From Phoronis australis (lineage: Eukaryota; Animalia; Phoronida), in contig NMRA01000813.1 of the NCBI GenBank assembly GCA_002633005.1, forward strand, positions 37,170 to 101,169: a stretch of DNA of 64,000 bases, in the 5' to 3' direction. How positions within the stretch are numbered: the stretch's first letter is position 1; the number at the start of each line of letters is the position of its first letter. Both the position numbers and the translations under genes were made by a program. The notes beneath the pieces were generated by a model. It did not search any database. It had not been told where the DNA came from and saw only the letters and a program-made list of their open reading frames with translations. This document shows, in pieces, positions 26,731 through 39,238 of this stretch.

Positions 26731-28511
26731 ATACTATGCCTTGTGCAGTGTTTCCGAAACGCTAGGAATTGTCTTTAAAACGTTCCACTTTTGCATGGGG
26801 AGTTATCAAAAATAGGGCATATATGATTTTAATGAAAAAAGTTACATAAAACAAAATATTTTAGAAAACTATAACAGTGTTTGTGAGATTCGATCTGACA
26901 TCTATTTGAAATGAAATTAGGTCACGATGCTGATACCGCTGTTTTGCTATTAAATCTACATTTTTCTTCCTATATTTTACTATGGTCACGTGACTCAATA
27001 AATGGCAGACTGGTTAAAAGTGAAACAAGTAAAAATCCAATTCTATAGGCTTTCTACTTTCAGCAAAGTATATATACTATTACTTAGTTAATACCGTTAT
27101 TTTTGTAGATATTTGCCAGGGTAATTAGGCTAGCTTGAGGTTCTCTATATGCACCCCTTTATATACAGTAGATACTCCACTACAGGGAACCCCAGTTGTA
27201 TACAGTGGACAGAAGTCATGCAGTTCCATACAGAGGAGATAATAAAATTCCCATTACACTTCATAATTGTTGTGTGTGGGATACTTGGGCCACATGTTTG
27301 TGGCAAGAGGTGATTGTTCAAACCACAGAGGTCATTTACACACCCCATTAGACTACAATAAAAACATGTCAGTGAGTTGGTCCATGCAGTACACTGGTGT
27401 TGGGACAACTGTGGGGACACATGCACCTCAACAGAGAGGTGGGCACTTCACACACTTTTGAACAGGGGAAAAGTTATTCACTTTTAGAGTTCGTTAATCC
27501 ATTATAACCATTTCAGTGAAGTTCATTTGACAAATTTTACCAAGGTGGGGAACCTTGAACTGTGTGATCTCATGCAAAGGGAAGTCAACAAGCAAAAGAC
27601 ACCATTTTCCACGAATATGCTGAGAAAACATCGGGGTGACACCTCTTGACTGCATCACCTGACAGAGAACCCCCCCAACTCCAGGCATTGTGCCACTACC
27701 TACCTGCTTCATAAGTCAAGTGCTGAAAATCACATTGGATCTTATATCTGGATAGTTCAAAAAACATCCAGTAAACATCTCAACTTCATCCCCACACTAG
27801 GTTGTTATTGGACTACAAGAACTGTTTTTTTTTAACAGAAAAAACAAACATAAGGTTGAAATCATATTTGCTTCAGCAATTCCCAGAGTCTTTCAATTTG
27901 TCAGCATAGCAATGCAAATCTTCAAGTTGACATGATACTGAATGAATTCTTGTTATTTCTGCAAAAACCTGCTACTCAAACTCCTTGATTGCGAAAGCTG
28001 CATGTCTAGACATTGTCAATTAGTGAATAGTATGTCAATTACCCAAAGCAGAAATGGACACCAGCAGCAGGAAATAGTCCTCAGAACAGTAGTGAAACAC
28101 CTTGATTTATTGTTGAACTTAGAAATTGTAAACTTAAACATTAAAATGTCACCATTTTAAATGATTTTAATCAACACGGTTAAGCTGATTTAGGTAAAAT
28201 AACTATTATCTGGGGGCACCTGGTTTTACACTAATGCGAGTAGCCTATCGCATGTTTTGATTCATTTTGTACTGTAATGGCCATAACAAATTGAGTCCAG
28301 AAATATGGGAAGTTGACACCTCTTGTTTTTTATGCTATGGTCAGAATTTAAAATAACTCAGCTTCATTCTTACTTTTGCCTTATTTCGAAGTAGGCCATC
28401 TTGGGCCCCCAGCACCAAACTAGCGCTCGGTTTTTAAATTTAAGTTTGGATAACAGCAATCGCTTATTTTCACTTCTGTCAAAGTCTCACAACATGTTAC
28501 AGAAACCCAAA

Positions 28512-28891
28512 ATGATAATGGTAATAATGGCAATGATAGTGATGATGGTGGTGGTGGTGGTGGTGGTGATGGTGGTGGTGGTGATAGTGGTGGTGGTGAT
28601 GATAGTGGTNNNNNNNNNNNNNNNNNNNNNNNNNNNNNNNNNNNNNNNNNNNNNNNNNNNNNNNNNNNNNNNNNNNNNNNNNNNNNNNNNNNNNNNNNNN
28701 NNNNNNNNNNNNNNNNNNNNNNNNNNNNNNNNNNNNNNNNNNNNNNNNNNNNNNNNNNNNNNNNNNNNNNNNNNNNNNNNNNNNNNNNNNNNNNNNNNNN
28801 NNNNNNNNNNNNNNNNNNNNNNNNNNNNNNNNNNNNGTGGTGATAGTGGTGGTGGTGATAGTGGTGGTGATAGTGGTGGTGGTGATAGTGG
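28512..28891. repeat. (GGT)n/(GAT)n compound microsatellite spanning an assembly gap (N at 28610-28835)
   Basis: Trinucleotide repeats on both sides of the run of N. Confidence 0.95.
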
Positions 28892-29574
28892 AGTCTGTGG
28901 TAGGGTGCCATAAATCTGCACTAATTAATATGGCAATCAATTAGTAACCATATGTTGAATTAGTAGCAAATCACAACCAGACCACAGCAACAGAGTGGAC
29001 ATTTCCTCTAAAGGTTCACTCCTCAATCACTTGACAACCTGTGATGCCTTGCAGATGTTCAAAAATAACATAGGGCTGCTGACAACAGCTATGTTACACT
29101 GGACAAAATTAGCAAATTACAGCCATGTTTTGGCAGACTCCAATGGCTAGTGAGCTCAGTGGGGCACAGCCATTGTCCAGGGGCAACTGTCAGGGAAAAT
29201 GGCTCTCCAACTGTGAATGGAGACTAGTTAGAGTGGACCTAGACCCATGTTTGGAACTGGACCAGAAATTCTGAATGAAACTCGCAAGCGCGCGATAAAA
29301 CTAGACACAACTTGTGCCTTACTCATGGCAGATGACGTCTGGGTTTGTAAAGAACTGACAGTTCTTTATATTCCTTCAAGCCATGCTCAGTGCACACAAC
29401 ATCCCGTCACGACGAGCCAACTCGCAGAGCCTCGTCTCCAGCAACAACAAACTGCCAGTCGTTTTGAAACCCTGAAATCCCTTCCAAATTAACTTAAGGA
29501 ACACTTGAAGACCAGTTCCATAAATGTGTGAGGCCTAGCTATATTGGAAAGGGCAATTAGTTGAATATAATGTA

Positions 29575-29644
29575 GCCACACTTTGAGATCCAGTTTTCTC
29601 CACTGAGTAAACAGGCATCAAACCGGTTCTCAAAATGTGGACAC
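29575..29644 (-). mobile_element. family B copy
   Basis: Reverse complement reads cattttgagaaccggtttgatgcctgtttactcagtggagaaaactggatctcaaag, matching 43770-43860. Confidence 0.75.
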
Positions 29645-30515
29645 GTTATATCCGAGTCTTGCACTCGCAAAGTGCCAAGTTACGCTCAAGCAGAGTAGTC
29701 TCAACCCAAATCGCATCAAGACGCAAAACAGAACAACACTCCACTGATAACATTTTTTTAAAGAGAGCTTAACCAATCATACATAAGAACAATCAATGTT
29801 AATTTATTGCACTTGTAAGAAGAGGTTATATGTGTATATGTGAATGTTTTGAATCGATTAAAAATGTCAGGTTGTAGCGAGATAAGCAGCAAAATGTTTC
29901 GTATCATGTTTATCCGCAATGCCAATACCGTCAGCAACTTCCTTCTCTCTAGATTATGTGACTTGAGGGTATAGTCAGTGATGCAACTAAATATGTGGGG
30001 TTTGGCAAATCACTAGAGGGTACACCTGGGTCTCATCAAAAAATTTTCCATTATCTTTACTAGCAGCTGGAAGGAAACTTTGTGACCATTAATTCCCTCC
30101 CCCACAAATCAATGTACACAGATCCCCACACATAGGTACTCAGTACTTCAGATGTAAGTTTGTTTACAAGTTAACAGCAGAAGTTACAACTTTCCTAACA
30201 GAATTATCATCAGCGTGTTTATTGGCTAACTAAACACTACAGGTATTTGACTGAAAGACTCTTATCTTATCAGCCCTCAAGAGCTTGAATCAGGTGTTTA
30301 ATTGGCTTATAGCTTACTACAATCTAGATAGGTGTAGAACACACAAATCTGATGCAACACACTCCTGGCATGTCAATGTTTTGGTTCAACTTGGAATGGT
30401 AAACCAAGTCACATCCACACCACACATTACCCTAGACCACCTTGCATTAGAGCAACTTGCCAGACACAACACATCATACACCTTGTAATAAAAAGAACTA
30501 CAGATGGCGCCCTAC

Positions 30516-30546
30516 GCATGTTACTGAACATGCATGTTACTGAACA
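30516..30546. repeat. 16-bp tandem duplication
   Basis: gcatgttactgaaca(t) occurs twice. Confidence 0.9.
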
Positions 30547-33064
30547 CGCCAACAGCTGATAGTTACTACGGTCTCTCGTTGTGTCTACACTACGACTTGC
30601 ACTGGGCCAAGTTAACCAAGGGCAAATTCAGTAACCCAACTTGATAATGAGGGCTAAGTTGTCACATGAGTGTCAAGTTGCTCCAATGCAATATAGCATC
30701 AACACTACTAGTGACAACTTGTTCCTGGAGCCATTAGTTCCAGAGAAACGGCTTGGCTTGTAGTGTGGACAGCACATTACAAAGAAAGATGATGGAGCAG
30801 TCTTTAGTTAGAGTGACTGAGTGTCTTTTTACGGCCTTGCTGGTAACGGAATTCAGCAGCTTTGAAAACTATAGCATTTGAATTAAGCAAGCAAGTTACA
30901 AAATCTCATACTTTGACTATCATAATAAAAACAGCCTTCTTTTTAAGACCAGTTTTGCATACTGCTGTATGACTTAACCACAGTTGAAAATCCATTAGCA
31001 AGGTTTGTGTATTAAACAGATCACCATCCACTGTGTGGTTGTGTTACATTCATCTGGTACCTGGTGTCAGCTGTCCCCAGAAGATCTCCTGACACAACAG
31101 ACAACTGTCTTGTGTGACAGCTCCTTGCACTATCAGGGACTGCCATCATGGCTACAGTGTCTACAGTACGGATCTGGTCACAAAGGATGCAAGAGCGAAT
31201 GGGCTGACAGGGGGGGAGGGGGTGGGGCAAGGGAGCCAGTGTGGTGTCAGCTAATACTGAAGGATCTGTGTGAGGAGAAAGGGACCAATTACACTATCAC
31301 TGACAGCTTTTCGTCGATAGCATCAGCAACTGACATGAGAGAGTCTTTTTAAGGTTCAGTTAGAGAGGTTACTTTGTGGAGACAATCTAGACAGTTTACG
31401 AGGCAGTTTAGTAATTGCCTTTGACGTTGGCTTTTCTAAAATAAGTTTGCTTTGTGCCAGACTCTGAGGTTGGTAAATGTTTACCTCGAACGTGTGTTGT
31501 TGCTTCATGTGGCTTAAAAATATGAACATCTTGGTTCCTGTTCAAAATGTTGGTATTATGAAAAAGAACATGGAACTTGCTACTAAAGGCCTGTTTTGAA
31601 TGTAGCACCGAGAAAGCTTTTCAACAAACACAGTTAAATTCCTTGATGGACAACTACAGTTGACCTATCTCAGGCTCTAAGGGAAAAGACAAACAGAAGA
31701 GCTAAAGAATCAATAACAAGGGAAAACACTAGTGGGCAACAATTATTAGAGTGTGGCCAACCACCCTCAGGGGACATAATAAACATTTTGTTAATGATAA
31801 CACTTACACCCTGTCAGAGAAACTCAGTGCAGCCAGGGTAGAGAAACCATGACAAGATACCTGGTCTCAAGTCCTGTGACTCACAGCATTAGCAGGATGA
31901 CTAGAGGTCCCTGTCCAATGCTTCTGATCACAACCACAGGACTTGATAGCAGCCTGCAACATTCCAATGCATTAAGAGGTCCAAGCAAATGTCCAGTCAC
32001 TGAACCATTTCTCTGCCCTAAGGCCTCCTACATTGATTGACAGTTGGCCATTTTCTCCCAGCATGTGGCAATATGCAACTACAGGGTGAATCACATACAG
32101 TGCACCACACAATTACACAATACAGGATAACTGATAATTTCAAAGAACAGTGACTCATGATTCATGTTAACATATGTCCTCAAGCTCTGATTTTACATTA
32201 TATTTGATTCATTCAATCAATCACAGTCGTTCTCGATTGAAATAATTTATCACCGCCTTCGTGATAGACAGAGAATTCATACAAGTACAAAATGCAGTTT
32301 CGTCATTTTACTTGATTGCCAAGCCATATAAACAAAAGAAACAAACTGTTGCATAAGCTGCAACTTACATTGAAAGAGCTAATATTTTCAGCTGACTACC
32401 TCATGCATGACTTTATCAAACCTTCGCTTGCGCAAAACTTTCTAGAGATAATTTTTTCAGAAAAAGAATGCAGGAAATTTTATCGTAGTCAATAGAGTAT
32501 TAGGCAAGGCACATTGTGAATCTGAGTCGGAGGACCAACAATAGGCTACACTATCCCAATAAATGCCCATGGTGACACATTTCCCTGAGAGAGGTGCATT
32601 CTGTGTAAAAAAATACCGTAAAAATTCTCCAGGTAGGGACAGTGGAAATGATTTTGCTCTATTCGGAGCTTGTACCAAATTCTAGAATGGGCAACATTGG
32701 CAATTCTAAATTCAAAAATTACGACCAACAGAAAATAGGCATTCACCTCCATGTTACACACTATGAGAATAAAAGAGAATGTAGAGTCAGCAGCTATTTT
32801 TAACCATTTTATGAACTGCCAAATCTTTTCTTTTCTTCTAATTCAAGGCACAATGTCCGATATTTGAGAAATATGATGAGCGCCAAAATTGTGCAAGTAC
32901 CAAGCTTCAGAATCACGAATTTCAATGTCCCAATTTTTATCGAAGCACTTTCAGATTGACTTTCGGCTCCCATGTAAAAAAATTAACCCTAACAATTTTA
33001 CAATCAAACACTCTGAAATCAATAATAAAAACCATATACCTTACATTACAGAGGCGTTGCTTAC

Positions 33065-33250
33065 CTGAGTGGAAAGGTGCCTATACCTCACGAGAAGGGA
33101 AAGTTTGGTAGTCAGAACCAACCTTGAGGGTACTTTTTTAATCATTCGAAGGGAATTTTGGGGTTCGATGTGGGGAATTCTGCATGTTTTTCAATATTTT
33201 TCAGAGGCTGATATTCGTCCCCAAAATCAAGCAACAAGAGCCGGAATTAG
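33065..33250 (-). other. candidate alternative exon (5' end uncertain)
   Basis: Strong donor CAG|gtaagc at 33065/33064. No clear acceptor, so possibly a first exon. Confidence 0.35.
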
Positions 33251-36074
33251 ACCATCAAACAAATTACTGACTAATTTGCCTCAACTTGATAACAGTGCCA
33301 CACTGCCAAGTACCCCAACAAGTGATGCTACAAGACCCTGTTCTCACAGCAGTCTATCCAGTAATCAGGTTTGTAAATGCTCAGCTAATAATACCCACAC
33401 TGATGTTATGACAGGGGTACACTAGGCAATTAATATACCCAGAGCTGTTCCAAGTGCACCACAGACCAGCCAATAATACCTCAGAAACAAGCCAGCTCCA
33501 ACTGGCAAGTGGAGTGCTGCAATACCAGGAAAACATTGTCAGATGTCAGTTTTTTCAATTGGGGACTTTCAATATTGACGCTCTCTAGAGCAATGAGAAC
33601 ACGAAAGTGACTTCCCATTGCTCCCAACTCGCATTTGGTCGACAGAAATTCAATGACTAAATATGAAAGCAGAGGAATAAATTCCACTGTCATTACCTCG
33701 CATTGTTTAATTAGTTAAAGTCCACTAATTCATACATAGCTGTTTTGACACTGGCTGGGATCAAAATTCTTCCCTTTTATCAGCTGCAGCCAATGACTTT
33801 GTCGTGGATACATCTTCGCATTGAGAAATGTACGGAGCAGGACGTCCTTACTCATCAATTTATACTTCAAAAGGTCTGCCTATTTTCGAAAGGCACTGTG
33901 GCATCGCAATGCACAGCAGTGGAAATTTGCCGGCATTACTAGAAGGAAAGGTGCTAAAACGCTGTTTATGTTAGTAGCTTGAAACCTCCTGAACACCTAT
34001 CCGCCAAAGACCTGATTGTCGTCTGGCGGGTTAGTGAACTTCAATAGTGCGTAGCTATTTCGAAAGTTAGCTATTAGAAAAAGTTTCCACTTACAAGTAC
34101 TTTTACACAGAAACATGCATTTTTCATTATCTGCCGATACCAGTCCCCACATTTGAAAGTCGCACACTTCTAAGTCCAGTGGGAAACTTTGGGTGCACGA
34201 TTTTCTCAACCGAATACAGACTCTGGATATTACGTACACAAGATCAATTAGATCTTTCAACATTACGCACACACAAGCCAGTTAGGTAAATAAGTTGAAT
34301 ATTCCACTCATTCAGTTCTAGTCCAGATTGGGTCATCTAAACCACTTTGTTTTCAAAATAACATAAACAAAACATTCATCACTGTCAATAAATAAGTCCC
34401 CATTGAGCTAGCTGGCAATCAGTCATTAATTGAAAAGATTTACAGAATCTTATTTCTGTTACATTGTTAAAGCCATCTGGGGAATTCCCCACCTTAAATT
34501 CTCTGGTAATTGGAGAATCAGGAGGTGCCAGTTAAATGTACTGATTGCCAAGGACTTGACATAAAATGAGAATTGAAGGGTAACTCCAACAATTTTGTTC
34601 CGATTCTTATTTTCCAAAACCCTCGTCGTACGATCTAGTAGGAATAATTTACAAGTGCTGAAGTATTAGATCGCTTTTGCAATGTTTGAACTGATAGGAA
34701 AAATTACAGCGAATCGCCCAGTAAATGTTGGCGGACTATGACTTAGAAGGTAAAATGGAGTCATTGAACCAAGAGGTGATTACCGCATTAGACCTAAAAT
34801 AAACTTCCCCATATTGCTGTGACAAATAGAAATAAATTGTTTTGCTAGAAGGAAAGAGAATTTGGTGGCCTCAGGTGCAGTCCACCCGAGTACCTTGGCT
34901 GGTAATTTGTTGTAGTGAGAATACACATTAAATCACCACTGTTCAACGATCACTGTGATGGGATGTTCAAATCATTCGAAACAAAGACCCAAAGAAAAAT
35001 GTATGCAAATGGAAGAAAATAAGTCTTGAATCGGTCTACTTTAATATCTAGGATACCAGAATGTGACAATAGGTCAACAGGAAAGCTTGCTTGTGGCAAA
35101 GGAGACTTCTCCCCATTTATATGTGAATATTTAAATCTTTCGTGAAATCACTGAATCCACTTCACGGTCTTGGAATCAGATTTCATTCAATGCTTTTATT
35201 TAGCGATGATTTAGGTCATAAGTCATTGAATCATTACAGCATTACAAGTGGTTATTAGCTCACAAAGTTTAAGAAGAAGCAAAGTTATACAAAAGTGTAC
35301 ACATAAATCAATATTGTGTAATGGACACGATAACACTGAAAAATCATGGCATTAGGACACAACATGTTGAGTAACTGATAATTAATTTTCTGATTTGTTT
35401 TCATTGAATAGCACCTAAGTAATGATGTATTAACATAATTTTCAAAGTCTGTAAGAACTTTAAATCACATAATCTTTGGACGGTCACGACAATATGATGG
35501 AGGTTTTTGATCAATGATAAACAATTCCAAACAATTACGGAAAATCACACCAATTTAGGAGACGATATTTATTTTCTCATTTTTCATAAATGAAATATAG
35601 TACCAAAATATCGGTGAGATTTAATTAAATGCAACCTTAAGTATTACTACGTTCTTGGAAACATAATATACAATCAACACAGTGTATTGTCCACTGACCA
35701 ATGGTCAGTGACCATTCAGGGTTTTTTAATGACAAAGTGTCCAAGCAGAAAAGTAGTGAAGCAGACAAATTTCCGGCCAAAGTCGTCATTACTGAAATGA
35801 AACGACGATTAAAATCAATAGGTTTGTATGAGAATCCTGCTCAAGTCCTTGACAACGCGACTTAGACTCTATGTCATCGTTAGCGGCATTGTTTGCGGTT
35901 TACCTAGCTTTATGTATAAAGCACACCTCTTAAATTGCGTTCATCATATCACATTACTTGGTGAACGTTCACAACAAATTTGATTTGGTGAATGGTAAAT
36001 CCCTAAACTAAAATCAACTCTGTTAAGGCCCTTTTACACCAGCTTAATTTCGCTACAAGACCAGAGTCAATGTA

Positions 36075-36340
36075 AACTGTGAAATCTTCACTTATTTACC
36101 AAATAATATGGCGGACAAGTAAAATTCTATTTTGTAAATTTCTCCACAAAAGTAAAGATTTAGCACATTGATTTCAATCTATTACCAGCATGATCTATAT
36201 TGTAGTGTGTAGATTTAATAAAACAACATTTGGTATGGTGTATATTGTTTGCAGTAAAGATAAAGATAATCAGCCTTAAAAATGGGAAAACGACCATTTT
36301 GGCAATTACTTTTGAGCAAAATACGCGGAGAATTGCCATA
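36075..36340 (-). mobile_element. family A MITE-like copy
   Basis: aatatggcggacaagtaaaattctatttt...tttctccacaaaag...ggcaattacttttgagcaaaata; colinear with 37831-38092. Confidence 0.75.
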
Positions 36341-37830
36341 ACTGAATCGTTCAGACCGATCAACAGACACTAAAGTTGTCATAGAAGTAATCCCAAGATG
36401 GCACACTGCAAAAAATATTTTGATGCACAAGTAGTTTCTTTTAAATATGAAGAATAATGCATACGTTTGGGTGGTAGAATGGTGAATACTTGAATATTGA
36501 AATGTTCCTGCCAGTAACTGCAATTGACTACGAAGTTAACATTTCCCACCCCATCACAACATCAACACCTCACAATTTTCCCACTTGTTTACAGCAAAGT
36601 GAACTAGTGAATCAAGAACAAAGGTAACTTTCCAATTGAGGACACTCCCCAAGACTGGTGTGAAAGGCACTTTAGCTCTATTTGTGTGACAAAGCTGAAA
36701 ACCATTGAGCAGGATTTGATAGGCTTGATGATTTTACATGCACTATTGGAGTTGCAAGCCAACCAGTCATTATTCTGTGTTACTATCCCCAAACACTTAA
36801 AATGCTACAGGTTATGAACTAAAGATTACTGTGAGACAATCAACTCAACCACAAACACGAAAAATGATTTTCTTCACAACTTTAAACTAACAGTACCATT
36901 CATTATTGTTAAATTTTACCAAAATGACATAGACACGCAACCCAATCGATGGCAGATTGGTAAAAGATCAAAAATCAAATCCTACACAATTTCATCTTAT
37001 AGAAAATATATACTCTTGAGTTTTATAGAAAGTTGCGGAACACAAAAACTGTCGATAAGGTCCTGCATAACCTCACATTCAGTTTCAATAAACAGAAACA
37101 ACGCTAAAAAAAACGTCAGCCAGATGATGTTAACGTAGCTGATCCATTTTCACCAGTAGGCTAATGCAAATTAAATCCGTATCCCATTTCCTACTACCCA
37201 AAGCACACTTATGAATTAAGAGTGGTAACAATAACAGTCACATTCTCCATAACAATTAGCCTGGCGTCCAATTAACAAAGAGAAACTGTTATCCCTGCAA
37301 CAGATTTAGTCATTAATTATCCACTCCAGTCTCTAATCTCCAGGGACGTCAGTGTCGTCAGGATGTCTCTACGACTCACGAGGCTCCATTTTTTCAGCCA
37401 ATACGGAAAAATGTTATTACCAATCATCAAAACCTTCTGTAATCGCCGGCAGTGATCCCACACAGACAGAGGTTAATTATCGGCGTTTTTCACGTCGTTT
37501 CATTTCTATAGAAGGTCTAGACGTGCAACTGGGCCTTTTTAAGTTGTGATTACACATGTTTTAGGACACAGTTACAGAATTGTCAATGCGTGTCACATTG
37601 AAGTGGTTGTTTGGGGTATCGAAAAACTGGATTTGGTAGTTCCGCGAACACGAAATTGATACCGAAATCGGTTACAAATTGAATGAATTACACCACAATG
37701 TTGATAAATGGAGTAAAATTCCACCTTAATCCATTCCATTATAAATTAATAAACTTACAAAATTTAAAATTCTATTGTTTCGGTTTTAGTGTAATCAGTG
37801 TTTCCCAAAACTTGATTGGCCGTCACTATA

Positions 37831-38092
37831 ACTATAGTATTTTCAGTTATTCTGCACACAATATGGTCGACAGTGAAATTCTATTTTATCTAATTTCTCC
37901 ACAAAAGAAAAGATTAATTTAACACTTTGTTTTATTACCAGCATGGTTTGTAATGCGTGGAAGTCGAAAAACAACACTTAGTAAAGTTTCCATTATTCCA
38001 TAGTTTGCAGCAAGGTGAGCAGGCTTTGAAAAATAGAAAAATGAATATTTTAGCAATTACTTTTGTGCGAAATAAGTGGAGAGAAGTTGTAG
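37831..38092 (-). mobile_element. family A MITE-like copy
   Basis: aatatggtcgacagtgaaattctatttt...tttctccacaaaag...agcaattacttttgtgcgaaataagtggag; colinear with 36075-36340. Confidence 0.75.
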
Positions 38093-38985
38093 TTTAGATT
38101 TTGCTGTAAGAGTTTGACTTACATGCACACAGTTTAAAAAACAATGCAACAAGTTTTAACTCATAGATTTGTAATTTCTTCTCCAAAACTGGACATTTTG
38201 GATGTTTGCCACTGATTCACTATATACTACATACAAACATCTCTCAGTTATGGACATGGACTTGTAAACATTTTCATGAACTTTGCAATTCTTGTCGCAT
38301 TTGAATATTCCCATGTCTTCGTGGAGAAAATTATGTAAGCAAATCATTGTACCCCTCCAAAACTATCCAACATTCCCTGAACAATAATCGCTTCACTTTT
38401 TCAGCGAGTTTTACTTGAACGCGTAAATCCTTGAACATAAAGAAAACACTAACAAAAGTACTCAGAACTCCTGTGACGAATGAGACAGTTCCTTATTCTA
38501 ATTTCCCATTAAAATACATTTGGTTTATTAAAACAGCCTCCATTTCCAGTAATGAATAGTTGGAGACAGAGAGTCCCCACTCTTCTCCCATTACCCATTA
38601 TAATGATTTATCACAAAGCCAAGCTCATCATTAGGACAGTGTACAATTTGGCCCAATCATACTGAATTAACTTCATTACCAGTCACACTCCACGGAACCA
38701 GTTCTTTCATGACCGATAGAGGATAACGCTCCGATTTCATTCTGGACCTTACTATATACAACAAAGGTATCGCCTAACAGATGATCAAAAGGCTATGATA
38801 GACACAACTATTTGAAGATGTTTATATCATTCTTTGGACCTTTAAATTAAATTAAAACCGAAAACCTGACTATAAAATTATAAGAAAACTTCTCCTGCAA
38901 ATAGTGAGGACACATTATTGCATTTGGTCAAAAACTTTTCAGAAACGATGTCAACCATTTTCAAGTTGGGTCGAGTTTCATCAAC

Positions 38986-39238
38986 TACGATAAAATCTCA
39001 CCACTTTCGGACAAAAATAATTACCAGAATTGGCCTTTCTTCATTATTCAAAGGCCGATAACATTGTCAACACCCATATTTTATCAAATCATTGTCCGCT
39101 GGTAACATTGACAAACAGGTGAAGACTGTTGAAGCCTTTTATTATGTGCTACCCTTCTTATATGAAAAAAAAATTAAAATTTTCACTAGTCCACCACTCC
39201 ACCATACTGGGTCCTAAATTAGTGAGAGTTTTTACCAT
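38986..39238 (+). mobile_element. family A MITE-like copy
   Basis: tacgataaaatctcaccactttcggacaaaaataatt ... cctaaattagtgagag; colinear with 3091-3330. Confidence 0.75.

Noticed and set aside
28401-28940. Poly-His, poly-Val, poly-Thr and poly-Pro ORFs
   Set aside because: Artefacts of the (GGT)n microsatellite and the N gap.
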